Assembly: GCA_050951605.1 (NCBI GenBank)
Contig: JBMNJJ010000009.1
Span: 36 to 64,035, forward strand
Direction: 5' to 3'
Source: Peptococcia bacterium
GTDB lineage: Bacteria; Bacillota; Peptococcia; DRI-13; DTU073
DNA length: 64,000 nt
The notes under the pieces are model-generated. The model saw only the letters and a list, made by a program, of their open reading frames with translations. It did no database searches and was not told the origin of the DNA. The first letter of the stretch is position 1; each line of letters starts with the position of its first letter. A program made the translations under genes and the position numbers. Below are positions 62,840 to 64,000 of the stretch, in pieces.

Positions 62840-63745
62840 ATGTTAGTGCAAATTTGGGGTCTGGTAATGCCCTTAATCATAGCTTCGCTGGTGGCCTTTT
62901 TATTAGCAAAGCAATTGTTTATTGATCGGGCTACGCGGCGGGCGATCTTACGAGCGGGCGAAGTACTTTTGACGGAAAAAGAACTGGAAATGTTTCAGGA
63001 AGATAAGTTAACTCAATATGTGCTGGAAATAATTGAGAGAATTAAGGGAAAAGTTAATTTGGAAAATTTAATCTTAGCGGAAATGCGTAATATGCTGACC
63101 TTAATGGGCCGAAAAAGGAGTGCCGAAAGGGAATTAGCCGGTTATATAGTGTGCGGTTTTTGCTTTGCTCTGCCCATGTTATTAGTACCACTAGTTACCG
63201 AGTTTATGGGCTATGTGGTAATTTATCCTATTTTTATCGGAGTAATTATTATCCAGCGTTATCGTGAATTAAAAAAAGATTATCGGAAATGGCAGACGGA
63301 ATTAGTGCGGGACTTGCCTGATTTAATTGATAAATTGCGGATTAGTTTTGCTAGTGGGCGAGACTATATTGCGGCCTTTATGCAAGTACGGGATAATTCG
63401 GGAATGAAGATGAGGGGCATGATTGATAAATTGATTAGTGACTTACAATGTATGAGGGCTACTCAAGCTCTGGACCTTTTTGCCGAAGCGTTTCAAATGC
63501 CGATTGTGAACAGATTTGTTTCGGCTGTCAAAATTGCTATTAAATATGGTTATGAAGCGGCGGAAAACTATTTTCAAACAATTGAAAGTGATATTACCGA
63601 AATTAGATGTGTAGTTATTGAAGAACTAACAAAATCTAAACCGGAAAAAATTTATCAATTATATTTGCTTATTTTTGCTTTATCGGTAAGTGCCTTATCT
63701 ATTAAAGCTTGGGAGTTGTTTTCACAATTAAGTACAATTTTATAA
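62840..63745 (+). CDS. tadC: TadC-like membrane platform protein
   Basis: LPD.ID.L......G....A, AL..FA T2SSF pattern. Confidence 0.75.
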   Translation: MLVQIWGLVMPLIIASLVAFLLAKQLFIDRATRRAILRAGEVLLTEKELEMFQEDKLTQYVLEIIERIKGKVNLENLILAEMRNMLTLMGRKRSAERELAGYIVCGFCFALPMLLVPLVTEFMGYVVIYPIFIGVIIIQRYRELKKDYRKWQTELVRDLPDLIDKLRISFASGRDYIAAFMQVRDNSGMKMRGMIDKLISDLQCMRATQALDLFAEAFQMPIVNRFVSAVKIAIKYGYEAAENYFQTIESDITEIRCVVIEELTKSKPEKIYQLYLLIFALSVSALSIKAWELFSQLSTIL

Positions 63746-63766
63746 TAATGAAGGAGGTAGAGAGAC

Positions 63767-63997
63767 ATGATTTTAAAAATGCAGGTAAGAATAATTCAGC
63801 AGGGGCAAAGGTTAAAAGAAAGTGTAAAAAAACATGTGGGTAATGAAAGAGGAGATATGGTGGCGACAATCGGGTGGATGGCTTTGACAGCAGTGATTCT
63901 TGTTTTGATTTATGCCATCCTTAAAAATTGGCTCCCGGGTTTTATGGGTGGGATTACCGATAAAATGGATTCCATTAGTGAACCGATTAGTAAATAG
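63767..63997 (+). CDS. Flp-like prepilin
   Basis: Basic leader ending NERG, hydrophobic helix, short mature peptide; follows tadC. Confidence 0.7.
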   Translation: MILKMQVRIIQQGQRLKESVKKHVGNERGDMVATIGWMALTAVILVLIYAILKNWLPGFMGGITDKMDSISEPISK

Positions 63998-64000
63998 CAA

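Noticed and set aside
1-64000. CRISPR array, rRNA or tRNA genes
   Set aside because: No regularly spaced repeats or recognisable structural RNA sequences seen
1804-64000. Numerous short ORFs antisense to or nested in long genes (e.g. 1804-2082, 8635-9012, 17164-17508, 28744-29070, 53781-54086, 63812-64000)
   Set aside because: Shadow ORFs of well-supported genes, with no motifs or RBS

Overview
Low-GC Firmicutes (Clostridia-like) chromosomal window with no rRNA, tRNA or CRISPR array. It has many single-base frameshifts, densest after ~49 kb, which look more like long-read consensus errors than decay. From left to right it contains: envelope-stress regulators (BlaR1/M56, PadR-DUF2812, ECF sigma/anti-sigma); a HydABC/NuoEFG-like flavo-Fe-S operon with no catalytic subunit but two MetV-N-like Cys domains; a CMD-lipoyl carrier-LplA operon; fetAB; a ~3 kb tandem duplication of a secreted stalk-domain + CARDB gene pair with patchy divergence, each copy ending in an IS200/IS605 remnant and the two separated by a HEPN-MNT module; a complete type III Wadjet (jetDABC); CBS-pyrophosphatase, DtxR-feoAB-CDF and housekeeping genes; a nucleic-acid repair cluster with toxin-antitoxin remnants and radC; and an orphan phage-like CI/Cro switch directly upstream of a giant RCC1/cadherin-like/GLUG/LamG surface protein and a Tad pilus operon. 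The best candidates for undescribed biology are (1) the polymorphic stalk/CARDB pair, which shares a promoter-leader-hairpin element with radC, (2) the oxidoreductase carrying MetV-like domains, and (3) the CI/Cro-type switch heading the adhesin-Tad locus.
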